Source: an uncultured bacterium
GTDB lineage: Bacteria > Patescibacteriota > Saccharimonadia > UBA4664 > SCTI01
Assembly (NCBI GenBank): GCA_963721685.1
Contig: CAVRJJ010000001.1
Coordinates: 68,555-132,554, forward strand
Direction of reading: 5' to 3'
DNA: 64,000 nt
The notes beneath the pieces were generated by a model. It worked only from the letters and a program-made list of their open reading frames with translations, did not search any database and was not told the DNA's origin. Numbering within the stretch: position 1 is the stretch's first letter; every line of letters starts with the position of its first letter. This document shows, piece by piece, positions 29,311 to 37,868 of the stretch. The position numbers and the translations under genes are program-made.

Positions 29311-29877
29311 TTGCCAGCCATAGATTTTAACCCCCAAACCCTGCTTGAGCCGGTAACCCTTAACGTTAGTGGTGTGATTGAAAAAATACCGGGGGCCATT
29401 GTCGCCTTAGCGCTGGGTATACTGGTTATCCGGGTGATCTCTCTTGTGGCCAGTTGGCTGCTTGGCTTTATAAATATGCCAAAAGGACTTAAAGGAATCT
29501 TGGTGTCGCTGATGGACGCGCTGCTGATGATTTTCCTGGTTATTATTGTTCTGCAACAGCTTGGTTTGGGCTCATTGGCATTCGCGCTTTCGGCGTTCCT
29601 AGCCGCTATCGGAATCGCGGTTGGTAGCGGTTCAGCTACACTGGTAAGCGACGTCTTAGGCGGGATAACCTTGGCCCGGGACCGTAACTTTAGTATTGGG
29701 GACATAGTTGAAGCCGGTGAGGAAAAAGTTCATGGTGAGATTATCAGTATGGATATGCGCCGGACCCGTATTCGTGACGATAAAGGACGGATTCACAGCT
29801 TGCCGAACTCGGTGGTAGAGCGCAAAGCCTATACGCTCATTACCAAAAAGCGCGACCGCGCCGACCAAAAAGGGTAA
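29311..29877 (+). CDS. Small-conductance mechanosensitive channel (MscS-like, minimal)
   Basis: Three TM helices then a beta-domain: FSIGDIVEAGEEKVHGEIISMDMRRTRIRDDKGRIHSLPNSVV. Confidence 0.6.
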   Translation: MPAIDFNPQTLLEPVTLNVSGVIEKIPGAIVALALGILVIRVISLVASWLLGFINMPKGLKGILVSLMDALLMIFLVIIVLQQLGLGSLAFALSAFLAAIGIAVGSGSATLVSDVLGGITLARDRNFSIGDIVEAGEEKVHGEIISMDMRRTRIRDDKGRIHSLPNSVVERKAYTLITKKRDRADQKG

Positions 29878-29946
29878 CAGGTACACCGCTTGGGCTTGCA
29901 TAACGAGCATATTGTGCGGATACTAGAAGCGTAACAAGGCACAACT

Positions 29947-30204
29947 ATGCAAGATATACAAACGGTTCTGGTAGTATTGCTAAGCATTGGCTTTGCAGTG
30001 CTCTTGGTTTTGGGCATTATTATGGTATTTATTCTCATAAGAATTATTACCAATATCCGCCACATTACCCAGCGCCTCGATGAAACTACGGAAAACATGG
30101 GCGAAATGGCTAAACATGTTGGCAAGAAAGTCGCTCCGGCAGCACTTTCAGCGCTTGGATCACTGTTGATTCGAAAGGCTAAATCTAAGGTAAAAAAAGG
30201 ATAA
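29947..30204 (+). CDS. Hypothetical small membrane protein (85 aa)
   Basis: Single TM helix followed by a basic, helical tail. Confidence 0.3.
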   Translation: MQDIQTVLVVLLSIGFAVLLVLGIIMVFILIRIITNIRHITQRLDETTENMGEMAKHVGKKVAPAALSALGSLLIRKAKSKVKKG

Positions 30205-30209
30205 ATACT

Positions 30210-30713
30210 ATGACGCACCACCACAAGAAGGATAAGAAAAAAGGTTTTGTAACCGGCGCATTAATTGGCACGGTTATTGGTGGTGTCGCGGCGCTGCTAT
30301 TTGCCCCTAAGAGCGGCAAAGAAACCCAGGCTGAGATCAAGCAAAAAGCTGGTGGAATAGTAAAGTCGGGAAATGCCAAGCTGACAGAGCTGGGAAGTGA
30401 ATTAGATGGCCGCATCGATAGCCTAAAAGTAGCGGCAAAGGAGCTTCACGGGGAAGCCCGCGAGGAAAGCCAGCGCCTCATAACACGCGCCGAAATCTTG
30501 CGTAATGACCTAGAGGCGGCGGTTGAGAGGTTGGCAAAAACTGGCCGGGATGCTAAAGAAGACGCGGCAATTGATGCCAAGCGCCTAGTTCAGGATGGTC
30601 AAGATGTTATCTCGGAGCTTGAGCGCACTACCAAAAAAATTATGGGATCATTTCGGTCTAAAGTAGGCAAAAAAGACAGCGAAGCCGACAAGCATGACGA
30701 AACCGAACGCTAA
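30210..30713 (+). CDS. YtxH-like (DUF948) membrane-anchored coiled-coil protein
   Basis: N-terminal GFVTGALIGTVIGGVAALLFAPKSGKETQ is the YtxH signature, followed by a coiled coil. Confidence 0.5.
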   Translation: MTHHHKKDKKKGFVTGALIGTVIGGVAALLFAPKSGKETQAEIKQKAGGIVKSGNAKLTELGSELDGRIDSLKVAAKELHGEAREESQRLITRAEILRNDLEAAVERLAKTGRDAKEDAAIDAKRLVQDGQDVISELERTTKKIMGSFRSKVGKKDSEADKHDETER

Positions 30714-30981
30714 GCCTACTAAAGAAGAATACGAAAAGCTTGGAAAGGCGGTCGAAGGGGCGCTAATAAATGATTATATTAACTGGCTGGGTAATACCCG
30801 CCGGCAGGCAATCTCATCTTTTATCCGCGGTATCTTTATGGGCCTTGGCACAGCTATCGGCGCGACACTAGTGGTTGCTCTACTGGTTTGGATCCTGTAC
30901 ATACTTGGCGATATCCCAGGAATTGGAGAATATTTTAAAGGTGCCGGCGACCAAATTGAGAATAAAGTTCCCGGGCAATAA
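30694..30981 (+). CDS. Small membrane protein (DUF5665-like)
   Basis: 95 aa with one TM helix; overlaps the upstream gene. Confidence 0.35.
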   Translation: MTKPNAKPTKEEYEKLGKAVEGALINDYINWLGNTRRQAISSFIRGIFMGLGTAIGATLVVALLVWILYILGDIPGIGEYFKGAGDQIENKVPGQ

Positions 30982-31006
30982 ATAATTTTTAGATGATAGC
31001 GGTCGC

Positions 31007-31030
31007 GCAGCCCGCCAGATGGCGGGCTGC
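31007..31030 (+). terminator. Perfect 10-bp hairpin GCAGCCCGCC-AGAT-GGCGGGCTGC at the 3' end of the upstream operon and the edge of GC-rich islet A
   Basis: Read directly. Only a weak T tract follows (TAGGTTTC), so it is a possible bidirectional terminator. Confidence 0.4.
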
Positions 31031-31287
31031 TAGGTTTCACGGACTATGTCACTCTCCCAAGCCCACACCGGCCATGCCGTGTTAATGTAGGGGTGAGGTG
31101 GCGGGTTGAGCGGCAGTAGCTTGTACCGCCACTCCAGGCGCTGATCGCCGTGCTCGTCGAGGGGACGCTTTTGTTCGCGCCGTTCAACAACAACACAGGT
31201 GAGTACAAGCTTCGGATCGGCGGGCGACCGAAAGGTCACTCGCGTGGTGCCGTCGGCGCTGTATATCGGTGGCGGGCGGCTGCCCAT
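31030..31287 (-). CDS. Hypothetical protein (85 aa) in GC-rich islet A, second gene of a minus-strand pair
   Basis: Strong SD AAGGAG 4 nt before the ATG (minus strand, 31287), 26 nt downstream of the previous stop. MGSRPPPIYSADGTTRVTFRSPADPKLVLTCVVVERREQ... The longer 173-aa ORF (to 31551) is the same frame but overlaps the other gene, so the SD-supported start is preferred. Confidence 0.45.
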   Translation of the reverse strand: MGSRPPPIYSADGTTRVTFRSPADPKLVLTCVVVERREQKRPLDEHGDQRLEWRYKLLPLNPPPHPYINTAWPVWAWESDIVRET

Positions 31288-31313
31288 AATGCTCCTTGTC
31301 TTGGAGGTGAATG

Positions 31314-31685
31314 CTACGAGATCATCACGGGCGATTCGCCTCGCTTGTGGTTGATTGCGTCGCGAATGGCTTCGAGTTCCTCGTGGTCGAGAACCGCGAA
31401 CGAAGCCCAACTGTCGGCTCCGACCTCGCGTCCGTTGATCAGGTAGCTCTGTCGACGAATCGGCATGCCCTGGTCGTCGTAGTCGACGGTTTCGATCCTC
31501 ACCGCGAACGTGGTCCGAGTACCGTTGGGACGGCGGTAAGGGACGCTGCACGAGTCAATTGCTGGCTTTGCAGCAGCGACGAGCCTCGTGATCAGATCCT
31601 TGGCCTCCACCATAGCGATGAGAGCTCGTGCTCGTCTGGAGGTTCTCCACTTCGATGCTGGCCTTTCTATGGTATTGCCCATCAT
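31314..31685 (-). CDS. Hypothetical protein (124 aa) encoded in GC-rich islet A
   Basis: Minus-strand ATGATG at 31685/31682 preceded by GAAAGTAGGACC (SD-like). The sequence MMGNTIERPASKWRTSRRARALIAMVEAKDL...LDHEELEAIRDAINHKRG matches no family I recognise. GC content is about 60% or more. Confidence 0.45.
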   Translation of the reverse strand: MMGNTIERPASKWRTSRRARALIAMVEAKDLITRLVAAAKPAIDSCSVPYRRPNGTRTTFAVRIETVDYDDQGMPIRRQSYLINGREVGADSWASFAVLDHEELEAIRDAINHKRGESPVMIS

Positions 31686-31822
31686 TGGTGGTCCTACTTT
31701 CGGGTTGTGTGTTAAGAAACCGTTGCTTATATATACCACAAATTGCTTAAAGTTTCAAGTGTTTCCATAATTACGCTAACGCTTGGGCGTGGTATACTAA
31801 GTGAATCGAAAAGGGGGCCTGT

Positions 31823-34800
31823 TTGAGCGAGGATACAGCCGCGACGCTGAAAGCGAACGCGTCAAAATCAAAGTTTGTTCACCTGCATAATCACAGCCAC
31901 TATAGTTTGCTGGACGGCTTGCAAAAGGTTCCTCAAATGCTCGACCAAGCCGCCAAACTCGGTATGGACGCGATTGCCCTTACCGACCACGGAACCCTTT
32001 CCGGAGCGGTGGAGTTTTATAACGTTGCCAAGCAAAAAGGCATTAAACCAATTATCGGGCTTGAGGCCTATGTTTCCCCAAGACGGATGCATGAAAAAAC
32101 TGGCAAAATTGACGCTAACCCCTTCCATTTGATTTTGCTAGCAAAAAATTACGAAGGTTACCAAAACTTAATGCGGATTTCAACCGAAGCGCATTTAAAC
32201 GGCTTTTATTACAAGCCGCGTATCGACCGGCAGCTATTGGAGCTCCACCACGAAGGAATAATTGCCCTGAGCGGCTGTGCTTCTGGAGAGGTTGGGCGCT
32301 CTATCTTAAATGGCGCGATGAAGGAAGCCAGAGAAACGGTGGAGTGGTATAGCGCTACCTTCGGTAACGGCAATTATTATCTTGAACTACAGGATCACGA
32401 GGAGTGGGAGCCGCAAGTTCGGATTAACAAAGGGTTGATTCAGCTCAGTAAAGAAACTGGGGTGCCCTTGGTGGTAACCGCTGACTCGCACTATACCTGT
32501 AAAGATGACCGTGAGGCTCATGAAATCCTGTTGTGCGTTCAAACCGGCAAGACCATTGGAGATACCGATCGCATGGAAATGGATATGGCGCTCTATGTTT
32601 CTAGCCCGGATGACGTTTTAGACCGCTGGAAGCATCTGCCGGAGGCTCTGGAAAACTCGGTAAAAATTGCTAATGCCTGTGACATGGAGCTGCCGCTCGA
32701 CCAAATCTTAATACCCACGTTCTCCACGCCCAAAGGTGAAACCGAGCATGATTATTTGCGTAAACTATGTTGGCAAGGCGCGATGTGGCGTTATGGCGAT
32801 ATTGCCCACGAAGACATGCATCTTCAAACAGAAGATAAAGCCCATAAAGAATTGAGCACGGAGGTGGTTGAACGGCTAGAGTATGAGCTGGGTGTTATTA
32901 GCAAAATGGGGTATGAAGGGTATTTCCTGATTGTGGCCGATTTCATTAACTGGGGTAAGAACCAGGGCATTATTTTTGGTCCGGGGCGGGGAAGCGCCGC
33001 CGGTTCGATTGTGGCCTATGTTATGAATGTGACCGACCTTGATCCCTTAAAATACGATTTGCTGTTTGAGCGGTTTCTCAATCCCGACCGTATTAGCATG
33101 CCGGATATCGATATTGATATCCAGGACACCCGACGGGGGGAGGTAATTGATTATGTTACCGAAAAGTACGGCCAAGACCGGGTGGCCCAAATTATTACCT
33201 TTGGCACCATGGCTGCCCGCAACGCCGTGCGTGACACGGGGAGGGCTTTGGGCATGAGCTACGCCGAAGTTGACGCGATTGCCAAAAAGATTCCCCAGCC
33301 GGTACAGGGGCGCCACATTCCATTGGCAAGCTCTATTAAGGATGACCCCGAACTACGCGGCGAGTATCGGGATAATCCACGGGCTAAAAACCTGATTGAT
33401 GTCGCTATGAAGCTTGAGGGCACTATCCGCTCCAACGGGGTGCACGCTGCCGGGGTAGTGATCGCGGCTGATGATATTGTGAAGTTTACCCCGCTGCAGC
33501 GCGCCCAAAAGGGCGGTATTTGCACACAGTATTCCATGGGGCCGATTGAGCAGCTGGGACTGCTTAAAATGGATTTCTTGGGCCTTTCAAACCTTACGAT
33601 TATTAAGAACACCCTGCGGATTGTGAAGCGGGTCTATGGTAAGGAAATCGATATCGCCGACATTCCCTTAAATGATACTAAAACCTATGAGCTGTTTGCC
33701 CGCGGCGATACCACCGGCCTGTTCCAGTTCGAGTCGGCCGGTATGAAGCGGTACTTGCGCGGACTTAAGCCGACACGGTTTGATGACTTGGTAGCGATGA
33801 ACGCGCTCTACCGGCCTGGCCCGATGCAGTGGATTGAAGATTTTATCGACCGCAAGCATGGCCGCAAGAAAGTGGAATACCTTCATCCCACCATGCAAAC
33901 AGCGCTTGAGCCAACTTACGGAATTATTGTCTATCAAGAGCAGGTAATGCAAATTTCTAAGGAAATGTGTGGTTTTACCGGTGGCCAAGCCGATAGCTTG
34001 CGCAAAGCAGTTGCTAAAAAGAAGCCGGCCGAAATGGCAAAGATGAAAAAAGATTTTATTGATGGCGCCATTAACACATCTAGGGCTGACCGTAAAACGA
34101 TGGAAGACTTTTGGACCCAGCTGGAAGCTTTTGCCGCCTATGCCTTTCCCAAATCCCACTCCGCGTGTTACGCGCTTATAGCGGTACAAACCGCCTATCT
34201 GAAAGCCAACTACCCCAGCGCCTTCATGGCTGCCTTGATGACATCAAACTATGATAATATCGATAAAATTTCACTTGAGATTTCCGAGTGCCGCCGCATG
34301 GGTATTAATGTGTTATCGCCGGATATTAACGAAAGTTTCTTGGAATTTGGCATTGTACCCGACTCTAAAGATATCCGCTTTGGGCTAGCCGCCATTAAAA
34401 ACGTCGGCACGGGCGCGATTAATACCATTTTAGCGGCTCGGGAAGTTGGCGGTCCGTATAAGGATGTTGAGGATTTTGCCAAACGGGTTTCCGCCAGCGA
34501 GTGCAACCGCAAGGTATGGGAGGCTTTAATTAAGTCGGGCGCGATGGATAGCTTTGGCGAACGCTCCCAGCTGCTGCACAATCTGGATAGCATCACCAGC
34601 TACGCCTCAAAAGCCCAAAAGAACGCCCTTTCCGGCCAAATCGATATATTCGGGTCGCTCGGGGAAGATAGCATGCCAGGTTTGCGGCTTGAACTGCCCG
34701 ACCGGGTAATCCCGGCGCGGGAGCAGCTGGGTTGGGAACGTGAACTGCTAGGGTTGTTTCTGTCCCAACATCCGCTGGATGATTATGAGGGCTATTTGGC

Positions 34801-35404
34801 CGATAACACGGTGCCGATTGCCACTATAACCACGCAGCACGAAGGCCGCGCGGCCAAAATTGGGGGCACTATTACCACCGTCCGTAAAATCACTACCAAG
34901 AAAAACGACATGATGGCCTTTGTGGGGCTAGAAGATAAAACCGGCACGCTTGAATTGATTGTATTTCCTAAGGCCTACGAAAAATCTCCCGGGCTATGGG
35001 AGGTCGACAATGTCATTGAGGTAAATGGCAAAATCAACACCAAAGACCGTGAGGGCCGCCAAGACGGTGAGATAAAAGTTATGGTTGATGACGCCAGCAT
35101 GATTGATTACGACAAAGCTAAAAGTCATAAACGTATCAAACCACTTCCGGTAAAACCGCCTACCGAGGATGAAGTTGTCGCGGCAGAAGCCGACCCGTTA
35201 ACGATCCGCCTCCAGTCAATTGCAAATACGACTATCTTAACTGAGATAAAGCAACTGCTTGAGTCCAGCCCCGGGGCTAACCCGGTTAATTTAGTGATGC
35301 CCGGCAATCCCCCAAAGACGATCCGATTGCCGTTTACGGTAACTATTACACCTGAACTGAACCTACAACTACAAGAGGTTGTTAAGGCCGCAGCTCAAAC
35401 CTAG
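31823..35404 (+). CDS. dnaE: DNA polymerase III alpha subunit DnaE (TTG start)
   Basis: PHP domain (HLHNHSHYSLLDG), polymerase core (GPGRGSAAGS, PDIDIDI), and a C-terminal OB fold. 1193 aa. Confidence 0.95.
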   Translation: MSEDTAATLKANASKSKFVHLHNHSHYSLLDGLQKVPQMLDQAAKLGMDAIALTDHGTLSGAVEFYNVAKQKGIKPIIGLEAYVSPRRMHEKTGKIDANPFHLILLAKNYEGYQNLMRISTEAHLNGFYYKPRIDRQLLELHHEGIIALSGCASGEVGRSILNGAMKEARETVEWYSATFGNGNYYLELQDHEEWEPQVRINKGLIQLSKETGVPLVVTADSHYTCKDDREAHEILLCVQTGKTIGDTDRMEMDMALYVSSPDDVLDRWKHLPEALENSVKIANACDMELPLDQILIPTFSTPKGETEHDYLRKLCWQGAMWRYGDIAHEDMHLQTEDKAHKELSTEVVERLEYELGVISKMGYEGYFLIVADFINWGKNQGIIFGPGRGSAAGSIVAYVMNVTDLDPLKYDLLFERFLNPDRISMPDIDIDIQDTRRGEVIDYVTEKYGQDRVAQIITFGTMAARNAVRDTGRALGMSYAEVDAIAKKIPQPVQGRHIPLASSIKDDPELRGEYRDNPRAKNLIDVAMKLEGTIRSNGVHAAGVVIAADDIVKFTPLQRAQKGGICTQYSMGPIEQLGLLKMDFLGLSNLTIIKNTLRIVKRVYGKEIDIADIPLNDTKTYELFARGDTTGLFQFESAGMKRYLRGLKPTRFDDLVAMNALYRPGPMQWIEDFIDRKHGRKKVEYLHPTMQTALEPTYGIIVYQEQVMQISKEMCGFTGGQADSLRKAVAKKKPAEMAKMKKDFIDGAINTSRADRKTMEDFWTQLEAFAAYAFPKSHSACYALIAVQTAYLKANYPSAFMAALMTSNYDNIDKISLEISECRRMGINVLSPDINESFLEFGIVPDSKDIRFGLAAIKNVGTGAINTILAAREVGGPYKDVEDFAKRVSASECNRKVWEALIKSGAMDSFGERSQLLHNLDSITSYASKAQKNALSGQIDIFGSLGEDSMPGLRLELPDRVIPAREQLGWERELLGLFLSQHPLDDYEGYLADNTVPIATITTQHEGRAAKIGGTITTVRKITTKKNDMMAFVGLEDKTGTLELIVFPKAYEKSPGLWEVDNVIEVNGKINTKDREGRQDGEIKVMVDDASMIDYDKAKSHKRIKPLPVKPPTEDEVVAAEADPLTIRLQSIANTTILTEIKQLLESSPGANPVNLVMPGNPPKTIRLPFTVTITPELNLQLQEVVKAAAQT

Positions 35405-35482
35405 TTTCCCGTTAATGGGAATGTAATTATTACAAATCATGGTATAGTATCTTTGCTTCAGCAAACCGACCGAAGGACAACC

Positions 35483-35743
35483 ATGGAAGACCCTTACCAG
35501 GTTCTAGGTGTTCCTGCATCGGCAAGCGAGGAGGACATCAAAAGAGCGTACCGTGTACTCGCGCGGCTGCATCACCCGGACCAAAATCCAGGGAGGGGTG
35601 ACACCGACTTTAAGGCGGCTACCGCGGCCTATGAAGAGCTGAGCGATCCCGAAAAGCGACGCCAGTATGACGCAAAACAAAATCGTCCTGATTTCGCGGA
35701 GATGGTTGGCCGTTATTTCGACGCCTTTTTCTCCGCGAGGTAA
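35483..35743 (+). CDS. Stand-alone J-domain (DnaJ-like) protein
   Basis: DPYQVLGV...EEDIKRAYRVLARLHHPDQN...AYEELSD: J-domain with HPD tripeptide. SD GAAGGA 6 nt upstream of the ATG at 35483. Confidence 0.7.
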   Translation: MEDPYQVLGVPASASEEDIKRAYRVLARLHHPDQNPGRGDTDFKAATAAYEELSDPEKRRQYDAKQNRPDFAEMVGRYFDAFFSAR

Positions 35744-35791
35744 CCAGTTTCTGCACAAAGGCAAACCCACGAAACGAAAGTAGGTGGACAA

Positions 35792-35932
35792 GTGCGATGC
35801 AAGTTCCGGTTCTGGCTGCAGGAAGAGCGCGGAGATGCTGGCACGGTGATGATGGTCGTGCTGTTTCTGGTGATCCTGGCGCTGGTGGTCCTCGGGTTCC
35901 TCTTCCTCCCACCCCTGCCTCATGCGGGTTGA
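35792..35932 (+). CDS. Small hydrophobic peptide (46 aa from GTG; 27 aa if ATG at 35849) in GC-rich islet B
   Basis: SD AGGTGG 4 nt before the GTG. Encodes ...MMVVLFLVILALVVLGFLFLPPLPHAG, a single TM helix. The stop TGA is 1 nt before the next ATG. Confidence 0.4.
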   Translation: MRCKFRFWLQEERGDAGTVMMVVLFLVILALVVLGFLFLPPLPHAG

Positions 35933-35933
35933 C

Positions 35934-36062
35934 ATGTCGAGGTTCAGGCGCGGGAAGGTACGCAGTCTCATCTTCGACGTAGTCGTTGCGCTGTTGTTGC
36001 TCGCAGGGCTCATCGCCTTCTGCGTGGCGATGGCGTACTTCGACCGCAACCCGATATGGTGA
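35934..36062 (+). CDS. Small membrane peptide (42 aa) translationally coupled to the previous peptide
   Basis: MSRFRRGKVRSLIFDVVVALLLLAGLIAFCVAMAYFDRNPIW: basic N-terminus plus one TM helix. GC-rich codons (CTG/GCG/CGC). Confidence 0.4.
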   Translation: MSRFRRGKVRSLIFDVVVALLLLAGLIAFCVAMAYFDRNPIW

Positions 36063-36187
36063 AGCCGAAGCTGGCTCACCAGTGCCTTCTCCGGGCGCTA
36101 CTCTGTCAATCGACCGAGAGCGCTTTGGAGGGGGCGTTCTTAGTTATTATTGATCTGCCCATCAGATTATGCTACATTACTTGGGTT

Positions 36188-36820
36188 ATGCATCCAGCAA
36201 TCACCCAGCTTGAATCTACCCATCGCAAAACCGCTGTCGCCAAAGTCCAGTCCGGCGATACCGTGCGTGTGCACCAGCGCATTCGTGAGGGCGCCAAACA
36301 GCGGATCCAGATTTTTGAAGGCGTGGTGATCCGTACCCATCGGCTGGATAGCCTTTCCGCTACCGTTACTGTGCGCCGGATTGCCAGCGGTGTCGGCGTT
36401 GAAAAAACCTATTTATTGCACTCCCCTAATATCGATAAGGTTGAAATTTTGCGCCGTGCCAAAGTGCGCCGCAACTTTCTAAGTTATCTGCGCGGCCGGC
36501 GCGGCAAATCTGCCCGGCTCCAAGAGATGGGCTTTGATAAAGCGGCCGCTAACGCTTCCGATAACAGTCTCTTGGTCCCAGGAGATGATGCCCCCGGTAC
36601 CGCCGCCGCCGCCGCGGTAACAGAAATTGAAGCTGATGAAAACCAGGATGAGCTAAACCAGACTGACGTTTCGTTGGATGAGGTAATCAAGGAAGAGAAC
36701 AAAGCAGCCGGGGCTGATGATGCCAGCCCGAGTGATGGCGGCACCGACGCCGGAGACGAATCGGAAATGGAGCGCGAGGAAGCCGAGCAAAAGATTGATA
36801 AACCCGGCAAAGACAGCTAA
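36188..36820 (+). CDS. rplS: 50S ribosomal protein L19 with an acidic C-terminal extension of about 95 aa
   Basis: MHPAITQLESTHRK...VQSGDTVRVH...QIFEGVVIRT...RRIASGVGVEKTYLLHSPNI...RRAKVRRNFLSYLRGRRGKSARLQE aligns with L19. The tail ...DENQDELNQTD...DESEMEREEAEQ is extra. The upstream ATG at 36056 is unlikely to be the start. Confidence 0.85.
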   Translation: MHPAITQLESTHRKTAVAKVQSGDTVRVHQRIREGAKQRIQIFEGVVIRTHRLDSLSATVTVRRIASGVGVEKTYLLHSPNIDKVEILRRAKVRRNFLSYLRGRRGKSARLQEMGFDKAAANASDNSLLVPGDDAPGTAAAAAVTEIEADENQDELNQTDVSLDEVIKEENKAAGADDASPSDGGTDAGDESEMEREEAEQKIDKPGKDS

Positions 36821-36835
36821 TTTACTTATTAACTT

Positions 36836-37507
36836 TTGATTAACAAGGTCCCGCTCGCGCGGGACTTTTGGTATGCTGGGCATATGAAGATGGTTACGCC
36901 TAGCCGCGAATTGGAAAAGATGCTGTGGCAGCAAGGATATAGCTGGGTGGTTGGGATGGACGAGGTTGGCAGGGGGTGTTTGGCGGGTCCTTTAACGGTT
37001 GCTGCGGTGGTTTTGCCGCCAACTTACAGCGGAGGCGGTATTCGTGACTCCAAGTGGCTTACGTCCAAGCAGCGCATGCTACTAGCCGGGCAAATTCGCA
37101 AAGATGCCGTGGCTATTGGTGTTGGCTGGGCCTCGCCCGGCGAAATTGACGAAAATGGCTTAACACGTGCCCTCGGCTTGGCAGGGGGAAGGGCATTGGC
37201 TGGCGTTCCATCTGATGCCGCTATTATACTCGATGGAAACCACAACTACTTAGATGATGCTTATGCCGTTACCATGCAAGTCAAAGCCGACGAGTCGTGC
37301 CTGGCGGCCGCGGCCGCGTCGATTATCGCCAAGGTTGCGCGCGACCGCTACATGGAGCTGCTTCACCGGTTACATCCGTCTTACGGCTTTAGTACCAACC
37401 GGGGCTACGGATCGGTAACGCATTTAGCCACCCTTCTTGCCCAAGGTCCTTCTCCCTTTCACCGCCGAAGCTTCAACCCGTTAAAGGCTTCATTACTTGT
37501 CGGTTAA
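36836..37507 (+). CDS. rnhB: Ribonuclease HII
   Basis: VVGMDEVGRGCLAGPLTVAAVVL (DEVGRG active site) and a C-terminal GYGS...H pattern. The start may be the internal M at about 36884. Confidence 0.8.
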   Translation: MINKVPLARDFWYAGHMKMVTPSRELEKMLWQQGYSWVVGMDEVGRGCLAGPLTVAAVVLPPTYSGGGIRDSKWLTSKQRMLLAGQIRKDAVAIGVGWASPGEIDENGLTRALGLAGGRALAGVPSDAAIILDGNHNYLDDAYAVTMQVKADESCLAAAAASIIAKVARDRYMELLHRLHPSYGFSTNRGYGSVTHLATLLAQGPSPFHRRSFNPLKASLLVG

Positions 37508-37850
37508 CGTTGGCAAAAAGGCGGAGGTCGTAGCGGCTGCGTGGTTGGAAAACCAAGGTTTTAAGGTAATAGAACGAAATTGGAGGACACGATGGTGCGA
37601 GCTTGATATCGTGGCCGAGCGCACCGGTATAATCCATGTAATAGAGGTAAAATATCGCCGCCGCGCTGATTTTGGCACAGGTTTTGAATACATAACACCT
37701 GATAAAATCAATCGGCTCCAACGCGCGGCGCAGATGTGGCTGAAAGCTCGGAATCGTACCGACGCTTCCTTTCAAATAGATATTATGGCCATATCAGGAG
37801 AAATTCACCAAGAAAGTGTAGCCTATCTGCCCAACGCGATTGCCTGGTAG
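37497..37850 (+). CDS. yraN: YraN-family (UPF0102) endonuclease (TTG start)
   Basis: GKKAEVVAAAWLENQGFKVIERNWR...ELDIVAERTGIIHVIEVKYRR is the YraN signature. Conserved rnhB-yraN linkage. Confidence 0.75.
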   Translation: MSVNVGKKAEVVAAAWLENQGFKVIERNWRTRWCELDIVAERTGIIHVIEVKYRRRADFGTGFEYITPDKINRLQRAAQMWLKARNRTDASFQIDIMAISGEIHQESVAYLPNAIAW

Positions 37851-37868
37851 TGCGTTATACTAGGTACG

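Noticed and set aside
31030-31551. 173-aa minus-strand ORF (Arg-rich N-terminal half)
   Set aside because: The upstream 88 codons overlap the better-supported 124-aa gene in another frame and read as Arg-rich junk typical of off-frame high-GC DNA. Only the C-terminal 85 codons, starting at an ATG with a perfect AAGGAG SD, were kept.
35797-35982. 61-aa + strand ORF in islet B
   Set aside because: The product is Gly/Arg/Pro-rich and low-complexity, and the ORF overlaps both small TM peptides. The alternative frame gives SD-preceded hydrophobic peptides with coupled start/stop, so this frame was discarded.
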